DNA of 60,173 bases from a virus (IMGVR_UViG_3300027769_001255:1-60173); one strand, 5' to 3'. Positions 9,471-18,218 are shown, numbered from the stretch's first letter. The notes: generated by a model not told the origin, from the letters alone. Translations and numbers: made by a program.

Positions 9471-10028
9471 ATGGCTAGACAACTACAACCTGTGCGGAAA
9501 GACCTTCCTGCACACAACGAAGGAATTCGTGCTTGGAAATTGCGAGTAGTCGCAATCACCGAAGACGGAGAAAAAAACTTAGGCATTCTTGACACAAGAG
9601 ATGCGCTGAGAATGGCACAAGAACAAGGACTGGATCTTGTGGTCATTAACCCTCAGGTAGATCCCCCTGTAGCAAAGATCATGGACATGGGCAAATGGCT
9701 TTATCAAAAGTCCAAGTCTGAAAAAGAACGTCGTGCAGCCGAGCGCAATCGCGGCGGTGAAGTGCATGAGCTGACCATGAGACCCGGTATTGACGATCAT
9801 GACTTGGGTGTCAAGATTCGTAAAATACAAGAATGGGTTGAAAGTGGTGATCGCGTGAAGATCACAATACGTTTTCGCGGACGCGAAAATAGTCGTGCCG
9901 GTGACTTGGGTAAAGACCTAATAGAAAAAATCATTACTCAAAGCGGCGCCCAACGAGAGGGTAGAGAAGAACTCAATGGTAACCGGATGAGTCTTCTTCT
10001 TGGACGAGCAAAGACAGCGAGCAAGTAA
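9471..10028 (+). CDS. infC: Translation initiation factor IF-3
   Basis: NEGIRA, GLDLVVI, PPVAKIMD, RPGIDDHD, RFRGRE. Confidence 0.92.
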   Translation: MARQLQPVRKDLPAHNEGIRAWKLRVVAITEDGEKNLGILDTRDALRMAQEQGLDLVVINPQVDPPVAKIMDMGKWLYQKSKSEKERRAAERNRGGEVHELTMRPGIDDHDLGVKIRKIQEWVESGDRVKITIRFRGRENSRAGDLGKDLIEKIITQSGAQREGREELNGNRMSLLLGRAKTASK

Positions 10029-10262
10029 ATGGCTAGAGAATATAAGCCCAAGGCATTGACTGGATTAACAGTCGAGGTTCGTGAGAACGAACCTTTTGCC
10101 AAGGCATTGAGTAGATTCAAACGCAAGGTAAATGATTCGGGCATTCTTAAAGAACTACAAGAAAAGCAGTTCTACGTAAAGCCCAGCATCCAGCGCAGAG
10201 AGGCCAAGAAGGCGGCCAAGAAGCGTTGGCAAAAATATGTTGACAGCCAGCGTCTAAAGTAA
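10029..10262 (+). CDS. rpsU: Ribosomal protein bS21
   Basis: VRENEPFAKALSRFKRKV...FYVKPS..RR. Confidence 0.92.
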   Translation: MAREYKPKALTGLTVEVRENEPFAKALSRFKRKVNDSGILKELQEKQFYVKPSIQRREAKKAAKKRWQKYVDSQRLK

Positions 10263-10268
10263 TACAAT
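10240..10268 (+). promoter_or_regulatory. Sigma70 promoter
   Basis: TTGACA-17nt-TACAAT. Confidence 0.7.
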
Positions 10269-10293
10269 ACATACACACATATAGGAGGCCACT

Positions 10294-10683
10294 ATGGCAA
10301 CATGGAAACTTTCAAATCTCGAGAAGAAGAGTTGTATCGAGCGCGAACATTGGACACACCCAGATTATGATGAACCCATCACGAGAGAGACTGGGTTCCG
10401 CTGGGGTACTTTCTATTGCGAAAGCGACGAAAAGCCAGACATTGATCTTGCCAATCCCAATGGTTACTCTGTATATGACAGCGACTACGATTGGGAACTG
10501 GACAGCATGGATGACGGCTGTTGGGAAGATTGGACTTGGCCAGACAGCATTCCAGAGGAAGAACGTGAACGTCTAGAAGCACTATGGGAAGAAGATTCCT
10601 ACAGTGCCTGGGAAGAAGCTGGTCTTTATAACAGTGACACCGATGTTGAATTGATTGGTGAGCTATCTTTGGAGGAAGCATGA
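10294..10683 (+). CDS. Acidic hypothetical phage protein
   Basis: AGGAGG RBS, D/E/W-rich ORF. Confidence 0.8.
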   Translation: MATWKLSNLEKKSCIEREHWTHPDYDEPITRETGFRWGTFYCESDEKPDIDLANPNGYSVYDSDYDWELDSMDDGCWEDWTWPDSIPEEERERLEALWEEDSYSAWEEAGLYNSDTDVELIGELSLEEA

Positions 10684-11240
10684 TGAACAGAAAAATGTGG
10701 TTGGCACTGGCAACACTTGGAGTTGCTTCGGCGGCACTGTTGATTAGTATCAACAGTCAGATCACTGACGCAGTAACACAACTGCCAAATCCCAACATTG
10801 AACGATCTGATCGCATCAATGGTGAAGTACCACCTAACAAGCCCAGCAAGACCATGTTTGAAAGTCGATTGCTCACACAAGATGTACTAGATGCCAAAGG
10901 TAAACCCACAGGCTGGGTAGTAGTTACTTCACGTAGTGTACGTGACCAAGGCACACGCAGTCCTATTCATGTGCACCCACATGGCGGGCAGACTTGTGTA
11001 GTGTCAGGTGAAATGAGTCTGTACCTGGATGGCGAACCCACTATACAAAAAGCTGGTCCGGGCGATTGCTATTGGATGCCTGCAGGACGCAGGATGAGTG
11101 GTGTCAACTCAGCAGACAGCCGTACTATCATGATTGATACTTTTGTTGTGCCCAAGGGTGAGCAGGTGTGGATTGTTGTTGAACCTGGCATGGAAGATGC
11201 CCAGAATCAGTTTGACAAGCTGTTCCATACAGGGCATTAA
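10680..11240 (+). CDS. Exported cupin-domain protein
   Basis: Signal-like N-terminus, HVHPHGG..GEMSL, WMPAG. Confidence 0.75.
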   Translation: MMNRKMWLALATLGVASAALLISINSQITDAVTQLPNPNIERSDRINGEVPPNKPSKTMFESRLLTQDVLDAKGKPTGWVVVTSRSVRDQGTRSPIHVHPHGGQTCVVSGEMSLYLDGEPTIQKAGPGDCYWMPAGRRMSGVNSADSRTIMIDTFVVPKGEQVWIVVEPGMEDAQNQFDKLFHTGH

Positions 11241-11241
11241 C

Positions 11242-11964
11242 ATGAAGAAGCTATTGTATTTTACAGCAGACTGGTGCGATCCTTGCCGTATGTCAAGTGC
11301 GATAATCTCAGATATATTTGGCACCAATGATGGCGTCAAAAATCATTATTCATTGGAACGTATCAATATAGATCAAGAACCAGACCGAGTCGCTCCGCTA
11401 GGCATTCGTGGTGTTCCTGCTTTTATCGTTTTAGACGAAAACGGACAAGAAATATCTCGCCGTGTTGGTGTTATACCGAAACAGAAAATGCTTGAGTGGT
11501 TGTCAAATGATGTACCGTCTAAGTTTAGATTGGCGCTGAAAGCACCCGTTGCTATGCTAACATCAGTCTTGGCAGAGAAATGTAAATTGGGAGGTCGTTG
11601 GGACGAGCAGGACTTTCAAAAGTCATGCCAAGACACGATATATTTCGATCCTGACAGCGCAGTAATCACCAATGCCGCTGCCGGCGATCTATTCAAGCAG
11701 TTGGATTGGATGAAGAAGCACGAAGGACTTGTACTTTTAATCGAAGGGCATTGCGATAGCAAAGGAACCACAGAATATAATCTCATGCTGGGAGAAAAAC
11801 GAGCCCAGGCCGTCAAGGATTTTTTTGTGTCACACAATGCAATGAGCGGGTATGTTCGTGAAATTCAGATCGTCAGTTATGGCAAGGAACGTCCTATTAT
11901 TTTTGCCGAGCATGATGAACGAGATCGCGCCCTAAACAGAAGAGCCCTTACGATTATCCGATAA
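11242..11964 (+). CDS. Thioredoxin fused to OmpA/Pal-like peptidoglycan-binding domain
   Basis: FTADWCDPC and GVPAF; then IYFD, IEGHCD, YNLMLGEKRA, SYGKERP, NRR. Confidence 0.85.
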   Translation: MKKLLYFTADWCDPCRMSSAIISDIFGTNDGVKNHYSLERINIDQEPDRVAPLGIRGVPAFIVLDENGQEISRRVGVIPKQKMLEWLSNDVPSKFRLALKAPVAMLTSVLAEKCKLGGRWDEQDFQKSCQDTIYFDPDSAVITNAAAGDLFKQLDWMKKHEGLVLLIEGHCDSKGTTEYNLMLGEKRAQAVKDFFVSHNAMSGYVREIQIVSYGKERPIIFAEHDERDRALNRRALTIIR

Positions 11965-12018
11965 ACGGGCGCGATACGGACATTTTTCGCTTGACAGTTA
12001 GTACCAAGATAATAAATA

Positions 12019-12108
12019 ATAGCTGTAGAGTGCCGAAGACGGGCTCTACCGAGTAATGTGTCTACCCAGAACATTACTTTGTTAACTCGCTTAAAAGGAG
12101 AAAACATC
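12019..12108 (+). promoter_or_regulatory. ROSE-like RNA thermometer candidate in hsp20 leader
   Basis: CTCGCT can pair with AGGAG RBS; upstream GTAGAG/CTCTAC hairpin; TAAATA at 12013. Confidence 0.55.
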
Positions 12109-12534
12109 ATGGGTAATAACTTTAATCTAGCACCTTACTATCACAGCTTTGTAGGCATCGATCGCCTGTTCAATGAGCTCAATCGTTTCATGGATGAACC
12201 TAAGAGTGTGTCGGGATATCCTCCTTGCAACGTGATTCGCAACGGCGAAGATCACTATGTGATTGAACTTGCAGTTGCAGGCTTTGCTCAGGAAGACATT
12301 GACCTACATGTCAAGGACGGCATTCTCACTGTAGAAGCCGCCAAGAAAGAAGCCGACGAGCGTGAGTACCTCCATAAGGGAATCGGAACACGTGCTTTTT
12401 CACGCACATTCCGATTGGCCGATCACATGGAAGTAAAAGGAGCAGATCTTCGCAACGGAATGCTCACGGTAACACTTGAAAGAGTTGTACCGGAAGAAGC
12501 CAAGCCCAAGCGTATTGCTATCGCCGCCAGCTAA
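12109..12534 (+). CDS. Small heat shock protein Hsp20/IbpA-like
   Basis: GYPPCN, IELAVAGF, YLHKGIGTRAFSRTF, NGMLTV. Confidence 0.95.
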   Translation: MGNNFNLAPYYHSFVGIDRLFNELNRFMDEPKSVSGYPPCNVIRNGEDHYVIELAVAGFAQEDIDLHVKDGILTVEAAKKEADEREYLHKGIGTRAFSRTFRLADHMEVKGADLRNGMLTVTLERVVPEEAKPKRIAIAAS

Positions 12535-12543
12535 TGGCCTAAC

Positions 12544-12569
12544 GTACTGGGGGATAAAACCCCCAGTAC
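12544..12569 (+). terminator. Hairpin after hsp20
   Basis: GTACTGGGGG-ATAAAA-CCCCCAGTAC, no strong U-tract. Confidence 0.5.
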
Positions 12570-12588
12570 TATTACACAGGGAAACACA

Positions 12589-12900
12589 ATGAGCATAGAT
12601 ACCGAAGTCCAAACTCAACAAAAAGAACGCACCAAGCGAGGTCCAAAAGAACCTGGGCGTTTTGCCGTGGTGTTTCACAATGACGATGTGACTCCTATGG
12701 ATTTTGTGATGCAGATACTAGAAGCAATATTTCATCACAATCATGACAGATCAACAGAGCTCACTGTAAAGATACACAATGATGGACGAGCCGCTGTAGG
12801 TGTGTATTCTCTAGAAGTAGCTGAACAAAAAGCAGGCGAAACAATTACCATTGCACGTAACAACGGGTTTCCGCTGGCAGTCACAGTAGAGCCAGAATAA
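12589..12900 (+). CDS. clpS: Clp protease adaptor ClpS
   Basis: NDDVTPMDFV, IHNDG, VAEQK, FPL. Confidence 0.93.
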   Translation: MSIDTEVQTQQKERTKRGPKEPGRFAVVFHNDDVTPMDFVMQILEAIFHHNHDRSTELTVKIHNDGRAAVGVYSLEVAEQKAGETITIARNNGFPLAVTVEPE

Positions 12901-12982
12901 AACCCTACTTAAACCCTCTATAAAAGTTGGTTCTGCTGATAAGTAATAGTAGAAAGTAGATATCCAATTATAGGGGGTTTTT

Positions 12983-13411
12983 ATGAGAAAGAAATCCGAA
13001 ATTGAAAAACGCAAACGCGGCATACAGCGATTGCGCAAGTTGGCTGAGCATGGGCAAGAAGATGGCGTATTCTGGAAGCCAGACGCACAGTATGCTGAAC
13101 GTGTGTATAATGCATTGAATCGAACTGTGTTCAAAGGGCAACTTTCTCGTCCTAAAATAGTCATACGTGACTACAAACAAAACTTCTGGGGCGAGTGCGA
13201 AGGCATGTATGTTTACGGCAAGCCAGTTTGCAAAGTGATTCGCATGCATCGTTGGATTCCCAACAGCAAAACATTCATACGTGTGATGGCTCATGAGATG
13301 GTGCATCAATGGGAGTTTGAAAAAGGCCCATATCATCGAATGACACACGGACAGCGTACATTTTATTCCTGGAAACCTGAATGCGCTCGTTGGGGAATAA
13401 ATCTCACTTGA
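12983..13411 (+). CDS. SprT-like zinc metalloprotease
   Basis: HEMVH plus downstream HG..F. Confidence 0.75.
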   Translation: MRKKSEIEKRKRGIQRLRKLAEHGQEDGVFWKPDAQYAERVYNALNRTVFKGQLSRPKIVIRDYKQNFWGECEGMYVYGKPVCKVIRMHRWIPNSKTFIRVMAHEMVHQWEFEKGPYHRMTHGQRTFYSWKPECARWGINLT

Positions 13412-13436
13412 CAAACAAGTCTGTATCAGGTATACT
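13408..13436 (+). promoter_or_regulatory. Sigma70 promoter, likely leaderless transcript
   Basis: TTGACA-17nt-TATACT-6nt-ATG. Confidence 0.75.
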
Positions 13437-13442
13437 GTTACA

Positions 13443-13871
13443 ATGAATAACAACACAAAAAACATCATATTTGAGTTGGGCAATAAACTGTCCAATCGTG
13501 TGGCCAGCCTCCAAGGCGACATAGAAGCAAGATCGCAACAGGTAAATGATCTACGTTCTGTTATGTTCAGTGCCGCAACAGCTCTAAGACTGCTGGATGC
13601 TGAAAAACATGCCGCAGTGATTGCCATGTTAGAACTTCCAAATCATAATTGCGACGGTAGCGGATGCAATCATGCTCAATTGCTCGAACGCAGGATCGAC
13701 GAACAACAGGAGCAGATACGCACACTGGAATCTCAAATTTATGAATATGAAAATATTGCCATGACGCTGGCCAATCAAATGGGCGTGAATCCATTTGACG
13801 ACAACGACTATCAGGATAGTGGATGCTGTCCTAGGATTGTTCCTAATTTGGACGACAGTGCATCCGTTTGA
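13443..13871 (+). CDS. Hypothetical coiled-coil protein
   Basis: ORF behind promoter, heptad character. Confidence 0.7.
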   Translation: MNNNTKNIIFELGNKLSNRVASLQGDIEARSQQVNDLRSVMFSAATALRLLDAEKHAAVIAMLELPNHNCDGSGCNHAQLLERRIDEQQEQIRTLESQIYEYENIAMTLANQMGVNPFDDNDYQDSGCCPRIVPNLDDSASV

Positions 13872-13955
13872 TGTCAACGGTTGATGTGTCTAAAGCGTTA
13901 TATGTATATGCAAGGCAATATCGCCAAGCATAGTTTCTAACCTAAGGAGATATCC

Positions 13956-14165
13956 ATGAAACTCGTATCCGCACTCGTAGCATCATTGTTTGCAGTATCA
14001 GCATTTGCTCAAGCACCTGCCAAGAAAGAAGAAGCCAAGCCAGCCGCACCTGCCGCTTCAGCACCTGCTAAAGCAGAAGCCAAGAAAGACGAAAAGAAGC
14101 CTGTCAAAAGCGAACCTGCTAAGAAAGACGCACCTAAAGCAGACGCAAAAGCCGCTACTAAGTAA
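13956..14165 (+). CDS. Small exported Lys/Ala/Pro-rich protein
   Basis: AAGGAG RBS, signal peptide ending SAFA-Q, low-complexity tail. Confidence 0.8.
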   Translation: MKLVSALVASLFAVSAFAQAPAKKEEAKPAAPAASAPAKAEAKKDEKKPVKSEPAKKDAPKADAKAATK

Positions 14166-14326
14166 TCTAGAGCACAATGATGACGTTGTCATTGATGACG
14201 AAGTCACATTTGGTCGCAATCTAAAATCACGTGAATTTGGCAAGATAGTAGATGAAGATCCGGTACTATCCGACTATGTGAAGTTTAGATTATGGCTGGC
14301 TAGACAACTAGCACTAAGGAAGTTTG

Positions 14327-14360
14327 AAAAAGCCTGGGCTCAAAAAGCCTAGGCTTTTTT
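14327..14360. terminator. Bidirectional terminator between convergent genes
   Basis: AAAAAGCCTGGGCT-CAAAA-AGCCTAGGCTTTTT. Confidence 0.75.
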
Positions 14361-15140
14361 ATTCCATCCAGATTCTTGTTCTAATTGTTTCCAATCTGTA
14401 ACTGCTGGCCATTCTTCTCTGGGTGGTCTTTCTTTAGTTCCATCCCATGTGGTCCAATCGTCTCTACAGTTCCAATTTTTAGTGTAAGGCCTAAGAGATG
14501 TTTTCAGCACATCAAACAGCATGATGATCCGGAAGTCGTTGCCGCGATGGGCTGTGCCATGCAGTACTGACCCATCATCAAAGCCAAATATTTCTTTTTC
14601 CTTCCAGGCATGCTGTTCGCCTTGTATGTCAAACACACAATGTGGGTCAGCCTTGAAGCAAAGATGACAGCGCAAATACCTGCGATCCAGTCCCCAATGA
14701 TGATTTAGCGTGGTTCCTGGATGCATGATATTAAATGTCACAGCACCAATTGCGTCAAAGTTGGTATCAATCCAGTCACGCAAAAACGGCATCTGTTTCA
14801 GTCTTGTGTAGTATATTCTACGTTGTTCTTTTTCACCCCAGACCATGTCTCGCTTTTCAGCATCGTCCAGCAGACTCTTGCGTAAAAATACAGGTATGGC
14901 TTTGAAATTGCCAAAGTACAATGGGGCACCATCAAATGACATGCTTTCTCTGTTGAGTTTTTTGCCCATTTCCATACCCCAATTTAGTGCAGGGTTTTCA
15001 CCGCCGGTGTTTTTGATATGTTGCTCAAAGCGCAAGAGGTCATAAAATTCGTTTTTTACTGTGTCATAGTTGAGTTCTAGTGGATCCGTAATTGGATTGG
15101 GATCAAAATACATGTAGTGGCTTGGATTTTTCGTTGTCAT
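14349..15140 (-). CDS. Aspartyl/asparaginyl beta-hydroxylase-like 2OG-Fe(II) oxygenase
   Basis: PGTTLNHHWG, RCHL, FDDGSVLH, RIIMLFD. Confidence 0.8.
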   Translation of the reverse strand: MTTKNPSHYMYFDPNPITDPLELNYDTVKNEFYDLLRFEQHIKNTGGENPALNWGMEMGKKLNRESMSFDGAPLYFGNFKAIPVFLRKSLLDDAEKRDMVWGEKEQRRIYYTRLKQMPFLRDWIDTNFDAIGAVTFNIMHPGTTLNHHWGLDRRYLRCHLCFKADPHCVFDIQGEQHAWKEKEIFGFDDGSVLHGTAHRGNDFRIIMLFDVLKTSLRPYTKNWNCRDDWTTWDGTKERPPREEWPAVTDWKQLEQESGWNKKA

Positions 15141-15183
15141 AGTTTCCTCTATAGGTATTTAATCTTGTAACAGGGTATGCTGG

Positions 15184-15229
15184 TTGACATTCTGTAGAGT
15201 GTTAGCTATAATGCACTGCAACATAAATA
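15184..15229 (+). promoter_or_regulatory. Sigma70 promoter plus TAAATA late motif
   Basis: TTGACA-17nt-TATAAT; TAAATA at 15224. Confidence 0.75.
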
Positions 15230-15312
15230 GTATTAGTAGAAACCATTACACGTTTTCACTAGTTGGTGCTCAAGAGAGGCCAACAAGCACTGCTCGCTTA
15301 ATAAGGAGAGAA

Positions 15313-15489
15313 ATGATGACTATGATAGCAAAGCTACTAGAACGTCTGGCTGAAATGTTTCCAAAGCAAGACTACCAGTCTCGATTGGAAAATTATTTGG
15401 CCAGTAAAAACATCAGCAACTCAGCTGATCTAGACCATTGGATCACGAGATACAATAGAATCGAAGAGGGAAATCAATCATGGATTTAA
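15313..15489 (+). CDS. Small protein, possibly DUF3563-like
   Basis: AAGGAG RBS; ENYLAS..ADLDHW pattern. Confidence 0.65.
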   Translation: MMTMIAKLLERLAEMFPKQDYQSRLENYLASKNISNSADLDHWITRYNRIEEGNQSWI

Positions 15490-15605
15490 TCAAGACTATT
15501 TTATTTGCACCGTTCAAAGCAGTATGGATGTTCCTGGTGGCAATTGAAGACGCCCGCGCCATGCAGGAAGAATTTCACAAGAAGCACGGAAACAGATATC
15601 TATGA
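15480..15605 (+). CDS. Small protein (41 aa, not in ORF track)
   Basis: MDLIKTILFAPFK...NRYL*; GAGGG RBS; overlaps neighbours. Confidence 0.55.
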   Translation: MDLIKTILFAPFKAVWMFLVAIEDARAMQEEFHKKHGNRYL

Positions 15606-15721
15606 TTGGAAGATTTTTTTCACTTTGGATATCTGGAATGATTGCCAGCGGAGAGCGTAGAGCCAACCAATATTTGGTCAGGCGTTATGGTCCCAATTGG
15701 CAAACTCAGATTCTGAAATAA
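15602..15721 (+). CDS. Small protein (39 aa, not in ORF track)
   Basis: MIGRFFSLW...QILK*; ATGA overlap; ends just before terminator. Confidence 0.55.
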   Translation: MIGRFFSLWISGMIASGERRANQYLVRRYGPNWQTQILK

Positions 15722-15736
15722 TTTTTAGTTGTTGAC

Positions 15737-15766
15737 AAAAAAGGGCCACTGTGGCCCTTTTCTTTT
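15737..15766 (+). terminator. Intrinsic terminator
   Basis: AAAAAAGGGCCA-CTG-TGGCCCTTTTCTTTT. Confidence 0.85.
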
Positions 15767-15833
15767 GACCTAGGTTGACTGCAATAGAAATCACTGCTAC
15801 AATGTACATTATAAATTTCTTCAAGGAGTAGCC

Positions 15834-16133
15834 ATGTTTAGAAATGGGTGGAATAGATATCGCATGTTTTTCAAGAAGAGTCTGTCAACGGGTGCCACTG
15901 CCGCATCCGTGACCATAATTGGATCATTGATTGGCCTGTCTGTTGCCAATACATTGATTGAAATTTTCACCAGCATGGCCAATCAGAGTACACCTAGAGA
16001 AGCCGCCATGGCTTTTGTGCTGGGGGTTATTTTTTGGTTGATCGCTGTTGTTATTTTTGCCTCTGTTATTGCTTATGATCGTTACAAGAATGATCAACAA
16101 CAATTCCGCAAAGAAGTGGGATTCATAGAATAA
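15834..16133 (+). CDS. Two-TM membrane protein
   Basis: Promoter TTGACT-17-TACAAT at 15775, AAGGAG RBS, two hydrophobic helices. Confidence 0.7.
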   Translation: MFRNGWNRYRMFFKKSLSTGATAASVTIIGSLIGLSVANTLIEIFTSMANQSTPREAAMAFVLGVIFWLIAVVIFASVIAYDRYKNDQQQFRKEVGFIE

Positions 16134-16143
16134 GGAAATCACA

Positions 16144-16482
16144 GTGACCTATGTAGTCAACGATAATTGTATCAAATGCAAGTACACAGATTGTGTCAGT
16201 GTGTGCCCTGTGGACTGTTTCTACGAAGGGGAGAACATGCTGGTAATCAATCCTGACGAGTGCATTGATTGCGGAGTGTGTGTACCAGAATGTCCAGCCG
16301 AGGCAATCCAAGCAGACAGTGATACAGGCGCAGACAAGTGGATCAAGTTGAATGCTGAATTTTCCAAGACATGGCCACAAATCTACAAGCAAATTTCTCC
16401 GCCAGAAGATGCAGACCGCTGGTTGGGTGTGCCTGGCAAGTACCCGAGCGAGTTCTCAGAGAAGCCTGGCCAAGGCAGCTGA
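16144..16482 (+). CDS. fdxA: 7Fe/8Fe ferredoxin (FdxA family)
   Basis: [30 protein letters not shown]. Confidence 0.92.
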   Translation: MTYVVNDNCIKCKYTDCVSVCPVDCFYEGENMLVINPDECIDCGVCVPECPAEAIQADSDTGADKWIKLNAEFSKTWPQIYKQISPPEDADRWLGVPGKYPSEFSEKPGQGS

Positions 16483-16486
16483 ACGA

Positions 16487-16735
16487 ATGCGCAAGGCTGA
16501 TTATCACATCAAGGTCTATGAAAAGGTAGAGTTACCCAAGCGCAAGATCAGACTGCGAGTGATAATGCAAGACCCAGACAACACAGAGGGTTGGGCACCT
16601 GCCGCACCAGAATACCTGGTTGAAGAAATGGCCGAGTGGTGTAAAGAAACAGGATGTGGCAAACGTACAGCATATGACATATTTGAGTTTCGAGACGAGC
16701 AGGCTGCAATGATGTTCAAGCTGAGGTGGATGTGA
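16487..16735 (+). CDS. LRW-family small protein 1
   Basis: Ends FRDEQAAMMFKLRWM. Confidence 0.75.
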   Translation: MRKADYHIKVYEKVELPKRKIRLRVIMQDPDNTEGWAPAAPEYLVEEMAEWCKETGCGKRTAYDIFEFRDEQAAMMFKLRWM

Positions 16736-16998
16736 CTGTAGATGTAGAACAAGAGCTGGCCAGCGTTCTTGCCAGCGAAATGGCAAGAGAAATTGACAAA
16801 GAAATCTTGTGGGGCATGTTACAGGGAATAGGATGGGTTAGGGTAACCTTGCCCAGCTTTAGAAGCAACGAACATGCAGTTGATATTGCTTACTGGATTG
16901 CTGAAAATTGCAACAGCAAGATTGAAAGAACAGGCAGTGACTTCCTGTTTGAGAATGGCGAGGATGCTGTGATCTTTACCCTAAGGTGGATGGGTTGA
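16732..16998 (+). CDS. LRW-family small protein 2
   Basis: GTGA overlap; ends FENGEDAVIFTLRWMG. Confidence 0.75.
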   Translation: MTVDVEQELASVLASEMAREIDKEILWGMLQGIGWVRVTLPSFRSNEHAVDIAYWIAENCNSKIERTGSDFLFENGEDAVIFTLRWMG

Positions 16999-17267
16999 AT
17001 TTTGGTTATGACTTTGCAGGAGAGTGCTATTGGTCGCCAACCATACGCAAGTTCGTTGACAGCAAGACGCTATGGTGTTATGCTGAAAATATTGCACCTT
17101 TCAAGCGTCCTTATCCGGGGTTTGAATATCTCGAAGAATGGCTGTTGGTAAATTGTCCGGGTGCAACATATGAAAGATTATACAACGATGGTAGTCCTGT
17201 ATTACAAGTGCGCTTTGCTGATGAACAGCAGGCTTTCTGGTTTACACTGATGAGTGACGTTGAATGA
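16995..17267 (+). CDS. LRW-family small protein 3
   Basis: TTGA overlap; ends FADEQQAFWFTLM. Confidence 0.7.
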   Translation: MNFGYDFAGECYWSPTIRKFVDSKTLWCYAENIAPFKRPYPGFEYLEEWLLVNCPGATYERLYNDGSPVLQVRFADEQQAFWFTLMSDVE

Positions 17268-17533
17268 ATACTGCTACACTTGAAAGGTCTGCAGATGAAA
17301 CGCAGTGGTATGCTATCCCCATCAGGGAAATATCATCACCGCAGAAGAAGTTTATAGACATGGATCGTTGGTGCACGGATATGTTTGGTCAAGGTATCGT
17401 TGCATCCAAACATTTCCCAAACATGGCCAACTTGGAAAATTACAACGACGAAGGACGTTGGGGGATATTCCAAGGCAGGATATTCTTTCGCTATAGGGAA
17501 GACATGTTGATGTTCATGCTGAGGTGGTCATGA
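17264..17533 (+). CDS. LRW-family small protein 4
   Basis: Ends FRYREDMLMFMLRWS. Confidence 0.75.
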   Translation: MNTATLERSADETQWYAIPIREISSPQKKFIDMDRWCTDMFGQGIVASKHFPNMANLENYNDEGRWGIFQGRIFFRYREDMLMFMLRWS

Positions 17534-17925
17534 AATTTCCAGTCGGAATGCCGGGCGCACATATTGATCCTGCTGTTGGTGCAATCCGTTTCAACACAAC
17601 AATATCAACGATTGAAATGTATGATGGCTATAACTGGGTGGTCAGTGCCGTTATGGCACAACAAGAAACGCCAGAACTCATCATGAAGGTTGGCTATGTC
17701 ACAGGAATAGTGTATAATTGCGTGGCACCGCGTGGCAAGAGTTGGCCAGATATGTTTCTCTGGTGTGTTGAAACAATGGGCAAATGTGGTAATAGGAATG
17801 CAGATCCACAATGGCCATCTAGAAACGAAGACTTTGTGTTACACGCACGATGGTACATGAAAGAAAGCATGTTTTGGTTTAAGGATCCAGAGGATAGGGT
17901 AATGTTCGTATTGAGGTGGTCATGA
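17530..17925 (+). CDS. LRW-family small protein 5
   Basis: ATGA overlap; ends FKDPEDRVMFVLRWS. Confidence 0.75.
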   Translation: MKFPVGMPGAHIDPAVGAIRFNTTISTIEMYDGYNWVVSAVMAQQETPELIMKVGYVTGIVYNCVAPRGKSWPDMFLWCVETMGKCGNRNADPQWPSRNEDFVLHARWYMKESMFWFKDPEDRVMFVLRWS

Positions 17926-18218
17926 ATTATATAGAACCCATTAGGCGAGGCAACAGCATACACCACTGGCGCTTTGAAGATGGCAAGACACCACCCAACG
18001 CCGGTCATCCTATCAAAGAGTTGATACAGGATCCTTCGCCTCGTGGATGGTATTGCTGGATGTATCCCAGCAACGATGAAGAATTTAGAACGTGGATGGC
18101 TCAATGTTGTCCAACAGCAGAGGTGATACATAGGTTCAATTCAGGTGATCCTATGTGGACAGTATACATCAGCGACGAGAACGAAGCTATGTTATTCAAA
18201 TTGAAATGGAGCACATGA
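17922..18218 (+). CDS. LRW-family small protein 6
   Basis: ATGA overlap; ends ISDENEAMLFKLKWST. Confidence 0.75.
   Translation: MNYIEPIRRGNSIHHWRFEDGKTPPNAGHPIKELIQDPSPRGWYCWMYPSNDEEFRTWMAQCCPTAEVIHRFNSGDPMWTVYISDENEAMLFKLKWST

Noticed and set aside
13872-13902. ECF-sigma-like promoter GTCAAC-N17-CGTT
   Set aside because: Single occurrence with imperfect match; cannot be distinguished from chance
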